DNA of 32,580 nt, taken from positions 62,001 to 94,580 of the forward strand of contig DATMBG010000035.1 in the NCBI GenBank assembly GCA_035559535.1. Reading direction: 5' to 3'. The notes below the pieces were generated by a model, which was not told where the DNA came from, did no database searches, and saw only the letters and a list, made by a program, of their open reading frames with translations. Below are positions 1-9,114 of the stretch, piece after piece. Positions within the stretch are counted from its first letter, which is position 1. Each line of letters starts with the position of its first letter. This stretch comes from Candidatus Limnocylindrales bacterium. Lineage in GTDB: Bacteria > Moduliflexota > Moduliflexia > Moduliflexales > JAUQPW01. The translations under genes were made by a program, and so were the position numbers.

Positions 1-2
1 CC

Positions 3-773
3 TCCCAGGTGGAAGTGGAACGAGACGGAAAAGTGGTGGTCCTTCATGCAACCCCGGAATCTATAAAAAAACTGGGAGCCGGTTATATCGGTCTACAACC
101 TCCCATGGAACCTGTTGTAGGAGGAATCCAAAAGGGTTTCCCGGCAGATAAAGAGGGGCTTCAGGAGGGAGATCGAATTGTCGCAATAAATGGTACACCC
201 ATTTATCATTGGCTGGCCATGGCAGAAATCGTCCATAATAGTCCGGGTAAGGAACTGGAGATTACGATTTTAAGAAACGGTCAAGAGATTAAAAAGAAGA
301 TGATCCCTCAGGTCCAGGATGGAAAGGGGTATCTGGGAATCACGGCAAAACCTCAAACGGTCTTTAAAAAGTATGGTCCTATGGAATCACTCAAAAAAGG
401 CCTTGCAAGGACCTGGGAAATTACGGTTATGACCTTTGAGCTCCTGGGCCGATTAATTAAACGAGAAGCTTCTACAGGTGCCATCGGAGGCCCTATTATG
501 ATCGCCCAGATGTCAGGCCAGGCCGCTAAAGCAGGAATGTCAGAACTCCTGGGTTTGATGGGCGTGTTAAGTCTTAACCTGGGAATCCTTAATTTACTCC
601 CAATACCTGTATTAGATGGAGGCCATATTCTCTTCCTGGTGATCGAACTGATCCTGGGCCGACCTCTCAGTCTTAAAAAGCGAGAACTCGCTCAAAAAAT
701 AGGCCTCGCCATTTTAATTCCTTTGATGATTCTGGTATTCCACAATGACATCATGAGGTTACTGGCCAAATAG
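3..773 (+). CDS. rseP: RIP metalloprotease RseP (M50/S2P with PDZ), 5'-partial
   Basis: PDZ segment (GLQEGDRIVAING), GGPIMIAQMSG and the NLLPIPVLDGGH motif. The frame is open at the window edge and the N-terminal HExxH lies outside. Confidence 0.95.
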   Translation, partial: SQVEVERDGKVVVLHATPESIKKLGAGYIGLQPPMEPVVGGIQKGFPADKEGLQEGDRIVAINGTPIYHWLAMAEIVHNSPGKELEITILRNGQEIKKKMIPQVQDGKGYLGITAKPQTVFKKYGPMESLKKGLARTWEITVMTFELLGRLIKREASTGAIGGPIMIAQMSGQAAKAGMSELLGLMGVLSLNLGILNLLPIPVLDGGHILFLVIELILGRPLSLKKRELAQKIGLAILIPLMILVFHNDIMRLLAK

Positions 774-806
774 GAAGAGAATAGGAGTGTGTGGGGGTGT
801 GGGGAT

Positions 807-1772
807 ATGGAACGTAATTTAGCTTTAGAATTTGTTCGGGTCACCGAAGCCGCTGCATTAGCCAGCTCCAGATGGATGGGCAGAGGGAATGAAAAAGCTG
901 CCGATCAAGCGGCTATAGAGGCCATGAGACGGGCCTTTAATTTTGTGGAAATTAACGGTACCGTGGTTATCGGAGAGGGGGAACAGGACGAGGTGCCCAT
1001 GCTTTATACAGGTGAAAAAGTCGGCACCGGTCATCCCCCGGAGACCGATATTGCCCTGGATGCCTTAGAGGGGACGACTATCACGGCACTTGGAGGCTAC
1101 AATGCCTTATCAATTATCGCAGCAGCCGGTAAAGGATGTATTCTATCTGTTCCCGATATTTATATGGAAAAAATTGCCGTAGGCCCTCGGGCTAAAGGAG
1201 TTATCAATATCGAGGCTTCCCCGACCCAAAATTTGAAAGCCGTGGCACAGGCCCTGGATTGCCCTCTAGAAGACCTGACGGTGGTGATCCTCGATAGACC
1301 CCGTCATGAAGCTTTAATCAGGGAAATTCGAAGCAATGGAGCCAGAATCCGGTTAATTCCCGATGGAGATGTCTCGGGGGCTATTGCAACCGCCATGGAA
1401 GGCTCCGGTATCGACATTCTGATGGGAATCGGTGGCGCTCCCGAAGGCGTTTTAGCCGCTGCCGCTCTTAAATGTTTGGGAGGGGATATGCAAGGTCGTC
1501 TAGTTTTTCGAAACGATCTGGATAAGGAACGCGCCCGGGAAGCCGGAATTGAAGATACCGATAAGATCTTTACCCTTGAAGATATGGTCCGGGGAGAAGA
1601 GGTAATGTTTGCAGCTACCGGTGTAACCGATGGGGATATGCTTAAAGGAGTTCGCCGTCTCAAGGAAGGAGCCGAGACGTACTCCGTCGTTATGAGATCC
1701 CCAACCCATACGATTCGGTTTATCCAGGCCATCCATTGTGCGGCTACCATTAAAGCAAAAATTGGGCTATAA
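807..1772 (+). CDS. glpX: Class II fructose-1,6-bisphosphatase
   Basis: MERNLALEFVRVTEAAA start, VVIGEGE..E.PML, D.LEGT, YMEK, DGDV, GGAPEGV and FAATGVTDG motifs. ATG at 807 is preferred over GTG at 789. Confidence 0.95.
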   Translation: MERNLALEFVRVTEAAALASSRWMGRGNEKAADQAAIEAMRRAFNFVEINGTVVIGEGEQDEVPMLYTGEKVGTGHPPETDIALDALEGTTITALGGYNALSIIAAAGKGCILSVPDIYMEKIAVGPRAKGVINIEASPTQNLKAVAQALDCPLEDLTVVILDRPRHEALIREIRSNGARIRLIPDGDVSGAIATAMEGSGIDILMGIGGAPEGVLAAAALKCLGGDMQGRLVFRNDLDKERAREAGIEDTDKIFTLEDMVRGEEVMFAATGVTDGDMLKGVRRLKEGAETYSVVMRSPTHTIRFIQAIHCAATIKAKIGL

Positions 1773-1793
1773 CTATAAATAAAATCCACAGCC

Positions 1794-3071
1794 TTACAAC
1801 CCCTCGAACTTCCTTAACACCAGGGCAGAATTTTTCGATCCGAATCCGATACAGTTACAAACCGAAGTTCGAATCTCGGCTTTTCTTCCAACGTTGGGAA
1901 CATAGTCCAGATCACATTCCGAATCGGGGTTTTCATAATTTATGGTAGGGTGAATAAAATGATTCACCATACTCAACAGCGTTGCCACGACCCCGGCCGC
2001 ACCTGAAGCCCCTTGAGGATGGCCGATCATGGATTTCAGGGCGCTGGTAGGAATCGTATAGGCACGGGGACCGAAACATAACTTAATGGCTTTCGTTTCA
2101 ATTCGATCATTTAATTCGGTTGCCGTCCCATGAAGACTGATATAATCGACTTCTTCCTTTGCCACACCTCCATCTTTTAAAGCCAGCTCTATAGCTCTGG
2201 AAGATTCTTCCCCTGAAGGCATGATCTGAAGTCGATGATAGGCATCACAGGTAGAGCCATAGCCCACAATTTCGCCATAAATAAAGGCCCCCCGTTCAAA
2301 AGCGTGTTGGAGTTCTTCCAGCACTAAAATCCAGGCCCCCTCTGCTAAAACAAATCCATCCCGATCTTTGTTAAAGGGACGGGATCCCCGGGTTGGCTCC
2401 AGGTTCCATTTTGTGGGTACAGCCCCCATTCTGCAAAATCCGGCCATCATGCCGGGGGTAATACAGGCTTCTGCACCTCCTGAAAGTAATAGGGTAGACC
2501 GACCATGGCGAATCTGGTCAAAGGCATATCCGATGGCATCGGTAGAGCTGGTACAACCATTGGAAAGAACATGGCTGGGACCTCTCAGTCCAAATGCAAT
2601 GGAAATCTCACTGGAGAGCATCCCTGCTAAAGAGGCTGAAATAGCATAAGGGCTGACCTTTTTTCGGCCTTCCTGAAAAAAAATTCGATACTGATCCTCA
2701 CCATAACAGATACCCCCCGCGCCGGTTCCAACAATAACTCCCACCCCATGTCTTTCTTCATCTGACAAACTTTCCAGATTCAGTTTGGCATCTCTCTGGG
2801 CTTCATCGGCAGCGGCCAGAGCCATTCGAGCAAGTCGGTGCAGAAAGTTTTTTCGACTTTTCCCTACAGGAGGGTCAAAATCAAAATCTGGGACCTCTCC
2901 AGCAATCTGACAGGGAAGATCTGAAGCATCAAATAAGGAAATATTTTTAACCCCACTAACGCCATCTCGGATAGCCTGCCAAAATTTCTCTTTTCCAATC
3001 CCATTAGGGCTTATGACACCGATACCCGTAACAACAACCCGTCTCTCCCCCGTTGAGTTTGTAAAAAACAT
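1794..3071 (-). CDS. fabF: Beta-ketoacyl-ACP synthase II-like (FabF family), stand-alone paralogue
   Basis: RRVVVTGIG start, catalytic Cys (SNGCTSS), His (HGT) and His (KSMIGH), SRPF...RDGFV.AEG, GFGSKN. Confidence 0.85.
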   Translation of the reverse strand: MFFTNSTGERRVVVTGIGVISPNGIGKEKFWQAIRDGVSGVKNISLFDASDLPCQIAGEVPDFDFDPPVGKSRKNFLHRLARMALAAADEAQRDAKLNLESLSDEERHGVGVIVGTGAGGICYGEDQYRIFFQEGRKKVSPYAISASLAGMLSSEISIAFGLRGPSHVLSNGCTSSTDAIGYAFDQIRHGRSTLLLSGGAEACITPGMMAGFCRMGAVPTKWNLEPTRGSRPFNKDRDGFVLAEGAWILVLEELQHAFERGAFIYGEIVGYGSTCDAYHRLQIMPSGEESSRAIELALKDGGVAKEEVDYISLHGTATELNDRIETKAIKLCFGPRAYTIPTSALKSMIGHPQGASGAAGVVATLLSMVNHFIHPTINYENPDSECDLDYVPNVGRKAEIRTSVCNCIGFGSKNSALVLRKFEGL

Positions 3072-3073
3072 AA

Positions 3074-3330
3074 CCGCTGTTTATCGTCCGTTTGACTATT
3101 GTCGGTTGTCTATACCTGTTTTATTTTTATACATAACTTTTGAAAGTTCAAAACTTCTCAAAAATTTTAAGCTTGTAAAAAATTTAACCGCAAAGCACGC
3201 ATAGAAAGCATAACACAGGAAGAACTAAAATTCCAGTTTTTCTTTATGCCTCTTAGGTACCTTGCGGTTATGTTCTCAAAATATTTAAACAAACGACAAC
3301 CTACCACAGACAACGGGCAACGAACAACGG
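3074..3330. repeat. Nested inverted-repeat element: outer heptamer-type (GACAACG-like) arms and inner AACCGCAA.G arms
   Basis: 3074-3110 is an imperfect reverse complement of 3295-3330. 3185-3213 (taaccgcaaagcac...gcataa) is an imperfect reverse complement of 3244-3270 (ttatgc...gtaccttgcggtta). Confidence 0.7.
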
Positions 3331-3380
3331 ACAATCAACCATCTTAACTTCTAAGCTATCCTTTTGCAGTTCTTAACTCC

Positions 3381-3465
3381 TTATCCACAGAGGACTGAGG
3401 GGGTATGGAAGTATGAGAGAAGTTACCTCCCTACCCCCATACCTCCCTCGGTCCTCCGTGGATAA
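3381..3465. repeat. Long imperfect palindrome with inner GTATGGRR octamer units
   Basis: ttatccacagaggactgagggggtatgg (3381-3408) pairs with ccatacctccctcggtcctccgtggataa (3437-3465). It may also serve as terminator or stabiliser for the SPOR gene. Confidence 0.8.
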
Positions 3466-3505
3466 ACAACATCAACAACCTACAAAAAATGCAAAAGTAG
3501 AGCTT

Positions 3506-4471
3506 CTAGTATCTCTGGTAATCTACCCGGTTTTTATTTAAAGCACTTAACGGAACCACCTTAGATTCCAATCTTACCGGAAACCTCTGTTGACTTAAAC
3601 GTTCTACAAGCCGGTCTGCTTCTTCTTTATTCACATAAGCACCGACCTGAATGGTATAATAATCCCTATCCCTGGCTTTAGTAACCATATAATCCGAAAG
3701 ACCTGCATTTCGAGCAATATAAGGAGCTACCGACCTAGCTTCCTCTTCAGTTCTAAAATACCCTATGGCCACCACATTTAAACGAAGCATTTCTCGGGAA
3801 GAAGAGGTCATACTTCCACTGGAGGTCCGTTTACGATAAATCGAGGGAGATTCTTCCTCCGAAACATATGTTTCAGATCTTTTACGGGAACCGGTTGTGG
3901 TTTCCTGGGTACGATCTTTTCGGCCGGATGAGGTACTCTCTTCTGCCCGCTCTTTCCGTCCAGATTCAGTTTTTTCCTTTTTCCCTGACTCAGAGGCTTT
4001 TGCAAAAGAAGATGTGGAGGAAGTCCCTGGAGTGGATTCAGCAGAATGTTTTGAACTTTCCGCTACATGACCGGACCCTGTAGTACTCGGGGTTTCTCTC
4101 TCTACAGAGGGTTTTGTTGTTTCTTTTGTACCTTCAGAGGACATCCCGGAAACGCCGCTCGAAGTCGTTTCAGTACTTCGAGGTGGAGTAACCGACCTGC
4201 TGGTTGCACTCGTTGAGGAACCAGAAGATTCAGAAGGTTTTTCTGCCGTCGTGGATCTGCCGACTTCGGTGGATTTGTTTGCTTCTAGCGTAGCAGGAGA
4301 AGTAGACTCTGGAGGAAGCGAAGAGGAGGACTTAGAAGCATCTGGATGCGAGGGTGAAGAAAAAGGAATCTCATTCAGAGGCTCTTCTTTTGTAAAATAC
4401 GATACCCCATAAAAAGCTAAAAATCCCAATACCAATACCAGGACGAAGGTTATTAAAAGTCGTCTTATCAT
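3506..4471 (-). CDS. Bitopic SPOR-domain protein (FtsN/DedD-like architecture)
   Basis: N-terminal TM helix, long Ser/Thr/Glu low-complexity linker, C-terminal YTIQVGAY..KEEA..LV.RL SPOR motif. Confidence 0.85.
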   Translation of the reverse strand: MIRRLLITFVLVLVLGFLAFYGVSYFTKEEPLNEIPFSSPSHPDASKSSSSLPPESTSPATLEANKSTEVGRSTTAEKPSESSGSSTSATSRSVTPPRSTETTSSGVSGMSSEGTKETTKPSVERETPSTTGSGHVAESSKHSAESTPGTSSTSSFAKASESGKKEKTESGRKERAEESTSSGRKDRTQETTTGSRKRSETYVSEEESPSIYRKRTSSGSMTSSSREMLRLNVVAIGYFRTEEEARSVAPYIARNAGLSDYMVTKARDRDYYTIQVGAYVNKEEADRLVERLSQQRFPVRLESKVVPLSALNKNRVDYQRY

Positions 4472-4599
4472 GATTAGATCTCCCGAAATCTATAAAATTG
4501 TAAGTGTTCACGCCGATGCTTTCCCCTCATTATATGGAAACATCAGCCTCATTGCTCTCCGGTTGGCCTACCCTGCCTTAGCAATTTTATAGTAAGGAT

Positions 4600-5385
4600 T
4601 TATCTCCCTGTCAACTCTTTTTTTGTCCAACTTATATCCTGGGAGGGTTTTTCACAGGGAAGAACCAACAGGAAAGTACTTCCCTTCCCACGTTTAGAAT
4701 GGGCCGTAATCTTTCCCCCATGGGCTTCAATAATAACTTTTGCGGCAGGCAGACCAAGACCGATTCCCGAATATTCCCGGGTAGAAGACATATCCACCTG
4801 AGTAAAAGGGTTAAAGATTTCTTCTAGCTTATCTTCAGAAATGCCATTTCCTGTATCGGATATGGCGATCCCTATAAACCGGGCATGGGGTCTGGTTAAA
4901 GTGATTCGGATGAAACCATAAGGTTTGTTAAATTTAATAGAATTATCTAAAAGGTTCATCAAAGCTACAGAAAGCTTAGAAGGATCTGCCCAGATAGGGG
5001 GAAAGTTGGGGGGTATCCTGAGAACTGTGGTAAGGCTTTTTTTTTGAAGTCCTTCTCTAAGTTGAGAGAGGGCCTGGGTAATCAAATCCTGAACAACCAC
5101 CTGCCCATAATCCAGATCGAGCTTTTTATTTTTTCCCTGACCCAAAGTCAAAAGATTTATAACCAATCTTTCCAACCGGATTACGGCGTCTTTCATGGCG
5201 TGAAGTCCTTCTCTACATCTAGGATGAGAACTATCAAAACGCCGGGTCATAAACATTTCTATATAAGCCTTCAGGACAGAAATCGGAGTAGAAAATTCGT
5301 GGGTGATGACATCCAGAAGATTCGATTTGATCTGTTCGATTTCCTTGAGCTTTTCGCTCACCTCTAACATCGGGGCTTTAGCCAT
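4600..5385 (-). CDS. Histidine kinase core (HisKA + HATPase_c) without a sensor domain
   Basis: H-box THEFSTP, N-box NLLDNSIKF, G1 DTGNGI, F-box IFNPF, G2 GIGLGL, HGG...GSTF. Confidence 0.9.
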   Translation of the reverse strand: MAKAPMLEVSEKLKEIEQIKSNLLDVITHEFSTPISVLKAYIEMFMTRRFDSSHPRCREGLHAMKDAVIRLERLVINLLTLGQGKNKKLDLDYGQVVVQDLITQALSQLREGLQKKSLTTVLRIPPNFPPIWADPSKLSVALMNLLDNSIKFNKPYGFIRITLTRPHARFIGIAISDTGNGISEDKLEEIFNPFTQVDMSSTREYSGIGLGLPAAKVIIEAHGGKITAHSKRGKGSTFLLVLPCEKPSQDISWTKKELTGR

Positions 5386-5445
5386 GGCTTACTCAATATT
5401 CCTTATCTTTATCTTTGAAACCAGACCCCATATGGGAATAACTTC

Positions 5446-5474
5446 AGTTTAGAAATATCTTAATCTTAAGTCAA
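5446..5474 (-). promoter_or_regulatory. Putative sigma70 promoter for the kinase gene
   Basis: Minus strand TTGACT-N17-TAAACT. Confidence 0.5.
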
Positions 5475-5521
5475 GGATAAAGATCATTCCCTCTCAAATC
5501 CGGACTTACCATAGAAAATTA

Positions 5522-5550
5522 TTGACGCATCTCATTTTCTCATGTAAATT
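5522..5550 (+). promoter_or_regulatory. Putative sigma70 promoter for the lepB cluster
   Basis: TTGACG-N17-TAAATT, with an AAGGAG RBS before ATG 5661. Confidence 0.5.
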
Positions 5551-5660
5551 AGCTCTTCAGAAGTTTTGCTTAAAAGAAGTTTTATCGGACAGGTTTCAAG
5601 GAAATAAAAGCTTAAAAGTCTTTGTCTTTTGAACGGTCATAAACAAGGAGAAAATGTAGT

Positions 5661-6398
5661 ATGTCTCAGCAGGAAGATAATCCAAATGTGATTCAAACCT
5701 CAGAACAGGAACCTCAGAGGATTTTTTACAAGAAAAAATCCCTCCTACGGGAATATGCGGAAGCGTTTCTTATTGCTTTTATATTGGCCATTGTCATCAA
5801 GTCGTTCTTAATTCAAGCCTTTAAAATTCCTTCCAGTTCCATGGAGCAGACCCTCCTGGTTGGAGATCATCTCCTGGTCAATAAATTTATCTATAAGTTT
5901 AAAGACCCCCGCCCCGGAGACATCATTGTTTTTAAGTTCCCGGATGACCCAAAACGAGACTTTATTAAACGGATTATAGGAACCCCTGGGGATACCGTTG
6001 AAGTAAAAGATAAAAAAGTTTATGTCAATGATAAGGAACTCGTGGAACCTTATGCAATCCATGAAGATTCGGAAATACTTCCTAAAGATCGTTCGGTTCG
6101 GGATAATTTTGGCCCGGTAACCGTTCCAAAAGATTCTTACTTTGTTATGGGCGATAACCGGGATCGAAGTTGGGATAGTCGGTTTTGGAATAATACCTTT
6201 GTTAAGAGAGAAGCCATTGTTGGAAAAGCCTTCCTTATTTACTGGTCCTGGAAATCTGATAAAGAAGCCCCCTCATTAAATAATGAGGATGCCGGTTTCA
6301 TGGAGCGGGTAAAGTTTTATTTGAAACTGACCGGGTATAATATCGTACATCTGAAAGATCGGGTTAGATGGGAACGCCTGGGTAAAATTCTGGTTTGA
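5661..6398 (+). CDS. lepB: Signal peptidase I
   Basis: TM helix, IPSSSME (catalytic Ser), FIKRIIG (catalytic Lys), GDNRDRSWDSR. Confidence 0.96.
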   Translation: MSQQEDNPNVIQTSEQEPQRIFYKKKSLLREYAEAFLIAFILAIVIKSFLIQAFKIPSSSMEQTLLVGDHLLVNKFIYKFKDPRPGDIIVFKFPDDPKRDFIKRIIGTPGDTVEVKDKKVYVNDKELVEPYAIHEDSEILPKDRSVRDNFGPVTVPKDSYFVMGDNRDRSWDSRFWNNTFVKREAIVGKAFLIYWSWKSDKEAPSLNNEDAGFMERVKFYLKLTGYNIVHLKDRVRWERLGKILV

Positions 6399-6415
6399 TG
6401 TATGAAATTTGATGT

Positions 6416-7435
6416 ATGAAACTTAAATTCTGGATTGGTATAGTCATCAGTGTTATCTGTCTTTATCTGGTTTTTAAAGGGATTGAAGTTCATAAGCTTC
6501 TGGAGGTTTTAAAGTCTGCGAATTATATCTATCTGGCCCTGGCCACTCTGATCAATTTCTCCTCGTTCTGGATGCGCGCGGAACGCTGGAAGTATCTCTT
6601 AGAACCCATTAAAAAAATTCGTTCAGCGCATCTTTTCCCGGTTACAGTGATAGGATTCATGGCAACGAACATACTTCCTGCTCGAGCCGGAGAGTTTGTG
6701 AAGGCCTATATGGTCGGGAAGAAGGAAAACATCAGTGCCACCGCTTCTTTTGCAACCATCGTGTTAGAGAGGGTTTTAGATTCCCTGATTATCCTGGCCC
6801 TTTTTGGGTTAGTCCTTTTCTGGATCGATTTCAAGGATAAATCTCCTGGAACTCCAGATCCTTCTATCAACATCTCCGGGATCTCCCCGGCCGTGCTTAA
6901 GACCACCGGCATACTGTTCGCACTGGGGCTTGCAGCGGTCTTTATCTTCTTACTTTTACTTAAAATGTATCCAACCCCGGCCATAACCCTCACCGGCAAA
7001 ATTTTATTTCCCCTCCCTAAACGGATCAGAGAGCAGGTGGCTGGGGTTTTAGAATCTTTCAGTTCGGGATTGAAGGTCCTGGGAAAAGGAAGCTCCCTTT
7101 TGCCTCTTCTATTCTGGTCTCTCTGTGTATGGGTTACCTGTGCCGGGAGTATTTGGGTAACTTTGCTTGCCTTTGATTTACATCTTCCTTTTTTTGCTTC
7201 GGCTTTTATTCTTGTTCTGATTGCCTTTGCAGTTGCTCTACCCTCTTCACCCGGTTTTATAGGCCCTTTTCACGCAGCCACCTCAGCAGGGTTGATGTTC
7301 TTTTACGTAGATAAAAGTACGGCAACGGGTATTTCCCTGATTCTGCACCTGATCATGGTAGGGCCGGTAACCCTGGCTGGGCTTTTCTACCTATGGGTAG
7401 AGAATCTTTCGTTTTCAGAAATAAAGCAGTTATGA
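6416..7435 (+). CDS. Lysylphosphatidylglycerol-synthase TM-domain (flippase-like, UPF0104) membrane protein
   Basis: RAERWKYLL, N.LPARAGE, ERVLD and PSSPGFIG motifs; multiple TM helices. Confidence 0.88.
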   Translation: MKLKFWIGIVISVICLYLVFKGIEVHKLLEVLKSANYIYLALATLINFSSFWMRAERWKYLLEPIKKIRSAHLFPVTVIGFMATNILPARAGEFVKAYMVGKKENISATASFATIVLERVLDSLIILALFGLVLFWIDFKDKSPGTPDPSINISGISPAVLKTTGILFALGLAAVFIFLLLLKMYPTPAITLTGKILFPLPKRIREQVAGVLESFSSGLKVLGKGSSLLPLLFWSLCVWVTCAGSIWVTLLAFDLHLPFFASAFILVLIAFAVALPSSPGFIGPFHAATSAGLMFFYVDKSTATGISLILHLIMVGPVTLAGLFYLWVENLSFSEIKQL

Positions 7436-7896
7436 AATTCATCACCGATTGCATGCTGGGAACCCTGGCCAAATGGCTTCGAATTCTAGGATACGATACC
7501 CTTTATTATCGATTCATCGAGGATACCACCTTAATCCAGAAGGCGTTGCGCACACAACGTACCTTACTCACTCGGGATGAGGAGGTTTTTCAAAAATTTA
7601 AAAGCCCAGATAAACTCCTTATCCGAAGTGACAATGTGATGAGCCAGTTGAAGCAGGTAATCGAAGAAAAAAAGCTAGAGGTGGGAAGCCATCTTTTCAC
7701 CCGATGTGTTCTCTGTAATACCCGGTTAATTCGGGTAGATAAGGAGGAGGTCCGACATCTTGTGCCTGAATATGTTTTTAAAACCCAGCAGGAGTTCTCT
7801 ATCTGTAATCACTGTAAGAAAATTTACTGGAAAGGAACCCACCGAACCAGGATGATGGAGAAGCTTAAAAATTTAGAAGAATCTTTAAAACTATGA
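7432..7896 (+). CDS. Mut7-C RNase domain protein (PIN-like with Zn ribbon)
   Basis: MKFITDCMLGTLAKWLRILGYDT, LLTRD, RCVLCN, CNHCKKIYWKGTH. ATGA overlap with the upstream stop. Confidence 0.9.
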   Translation: MKFITDCMLGTLAKWLRILGYDTLYYRFIEDTTLIQKALRTQRTLLTRDEEVFQKFKSPDKLLIRSDNVMSQLKQVIEEKKLEVGSHLFTRCVLCNTRLIRVDKEEVRHLVPEYVFKTQQEFSICNHCKKIYWKGTHRTRMMEKLKNLEESLKL

Positions 7897-8669
7897 TCCA
7901 GATAGCTATCGAAGCGGCCTTGAAAGCAGGCAAAATTTTAAAAGATCACCTAGGTCAAATCGAAGAGATCAACCATAAAGGGGAAATTGATCTGGTTACC
8001 AACGTAGACCGATTATCGGAACGGTCTATTGTAGAAACGATAAAAGCTCATTATCCCCATCATCAAATCCTCGCGGAAGAGGGTGAAAATAACTCGGAAA
8101 CAACCTCCGAGTATAAGTGGCTTATTGACCCTTTAGACGGAACGACCAACTATATCCATGGCCTGCCCTATTTTTGTGTCTCGATAGCCCTTGAAAAGGA
8201 AGGTGAACTCATCTTAGGAGTTGTCTATGATCCGGTCCATGAAGAGCTATTTACCGCAGAAAAGGGTCAGGGAGCTTTTTTGAACCATAAACGAATCACT
8301 GTTTCTAAAGTTGAAAAGCTCGAGAAAAGTTTACTGGTCACAGGGTTTCCTCCCAGTATCTGGCAGGATCAGGGTAAGAGTTTTGAGCACTTTAAAAACT
8401 TTACAGTTCGTTGTCAGGGTGTACGACGACTCGGATCTGCCGCGATCGATCTTTGTTATGTAGCAGCCGGAAGATTGGAAGCTTTCTGGGAACGGGGGCT
8501 AAAACCCTGGGACATGGGAGCCGGGGCTGTCCTGGTAAGGGAAGCAGGGGGATGTGTAACCGATTTTCAGGGACGAGATTTTGATGTTTATCAGACTGAA
8601 ATTTTAGCCAGCAATGGAAGAATACATAAGGCCATGCAAGAAGTGCTTCAACTTGCCGGGGAGAGATAA
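7893..8669 (+). CDS. suhB: Inositol monophosphatase family protein
   Basis: DLVT.VD, EE, WLIDPLDGTTN, RRLGSAA, PWD..G motifs. ATGA overlap. Confidence 0.92.
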   Translation: MIQIAIEAALKAGKILKDHLGQIEEINHKGEIDLVTNVDRLSERSIVETIKAHYPHHQILAEEGENNSETTSEYKWLIDPLDGTTNYIHGLPYFCVSIALEKEGELILGVVYDPVHEELFTAEKGQGAFLNHKRITVSKVEKLEKSLLVTGFPPSIWQDQGKSFEHFKNFTVRCQGVRRLGSAAIDLCYVAAGRLEAFWERGLKPWDMGAGAVLVREAGGCVTDFQGRDFDVYQTEILASNGRIHKAMQEVLQLAGER

Positions 8670-8885
8670 TTCAGGTTAATAGAAGTGGCTATCTTCTCCC
8701 CTCAGCTATTTCTTGTAATATTCGGTTCAGAAGGCGCCCTTCCCTTTGTCTGCTCCTTCCTTGCTTGCTTTCAAAAGACCAAATCCCTTCCTTAACTCCA
8801 TGGGTATGGTCAAAAATAATCTGGTTGACCTACTAACCATTTTAAACCCCATCCTCCCAAATCGAAAAATGAGGAAAGATAAAAA

Positions 8886-8942
8886 TCCCCCCTTGAGGGG
8901 GGACTCGGGGGGTGTTCCCCTCCAGGGGGGAACAGGGAGTGT
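8886..8942. repeat. Two tandem REP-like palindromes (TCCCCyC...GGGGGGA...GGG.GTGT)
   Basis: tccccccttgaggggggactcggggggtgt followed by tcccctccaggggggaacagggagtgt. Confidence 0.7.
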
Positions 8943-9024
8943 TTGAGCCCAGGATCTAATCCTTAACTGGATACCTAGGGGGTTATGGCCAGATCTGATG
9001 CCTGCAAGATGGGTTAACCGAATG

Positions 9025-9040
9025 TGGCAAGGATTGTGCT
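9025..9040 (+). promoter_or_regulatory. Possible sigma54 (-24/-12) promoter
   Basis: TGGCAAGGATTGTGCT has the correct GG-N10-GC spacing about 75 nt before ATG 9115. The -12 box is GTGC rather than TTGC. Confidence 0.35.
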
Positions 9041-9114
9041 CTAAACCTCAAACAGGACCGTAAATGTTTCAGAAGAGAACATACATGAGATCCCCCCAGG
9101 ATTGAAAGAGATCT

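Noticed and set aside
3381-3465. DnaA-box matches (TTATCCACA at 3381 and CGTGGATAA at 3457) suggesting oriC
   Set aside because: Only two, and they form the ends of a palindromic repeat. There is no box cluster and no dnaA/dnaN context.
5393-5431. 12-codon minus-strand uORF (MGSGFKDKDKEY) before the sensorless kinase
   Set aside because: Too short, with no RBS or diagnostic composition, so it cannot be told from chance.
8746-8946. 66-aa ORF
   Set aside because: TTG start with no RBS, no recognisable motif, and its end is just the palindromic repeat.
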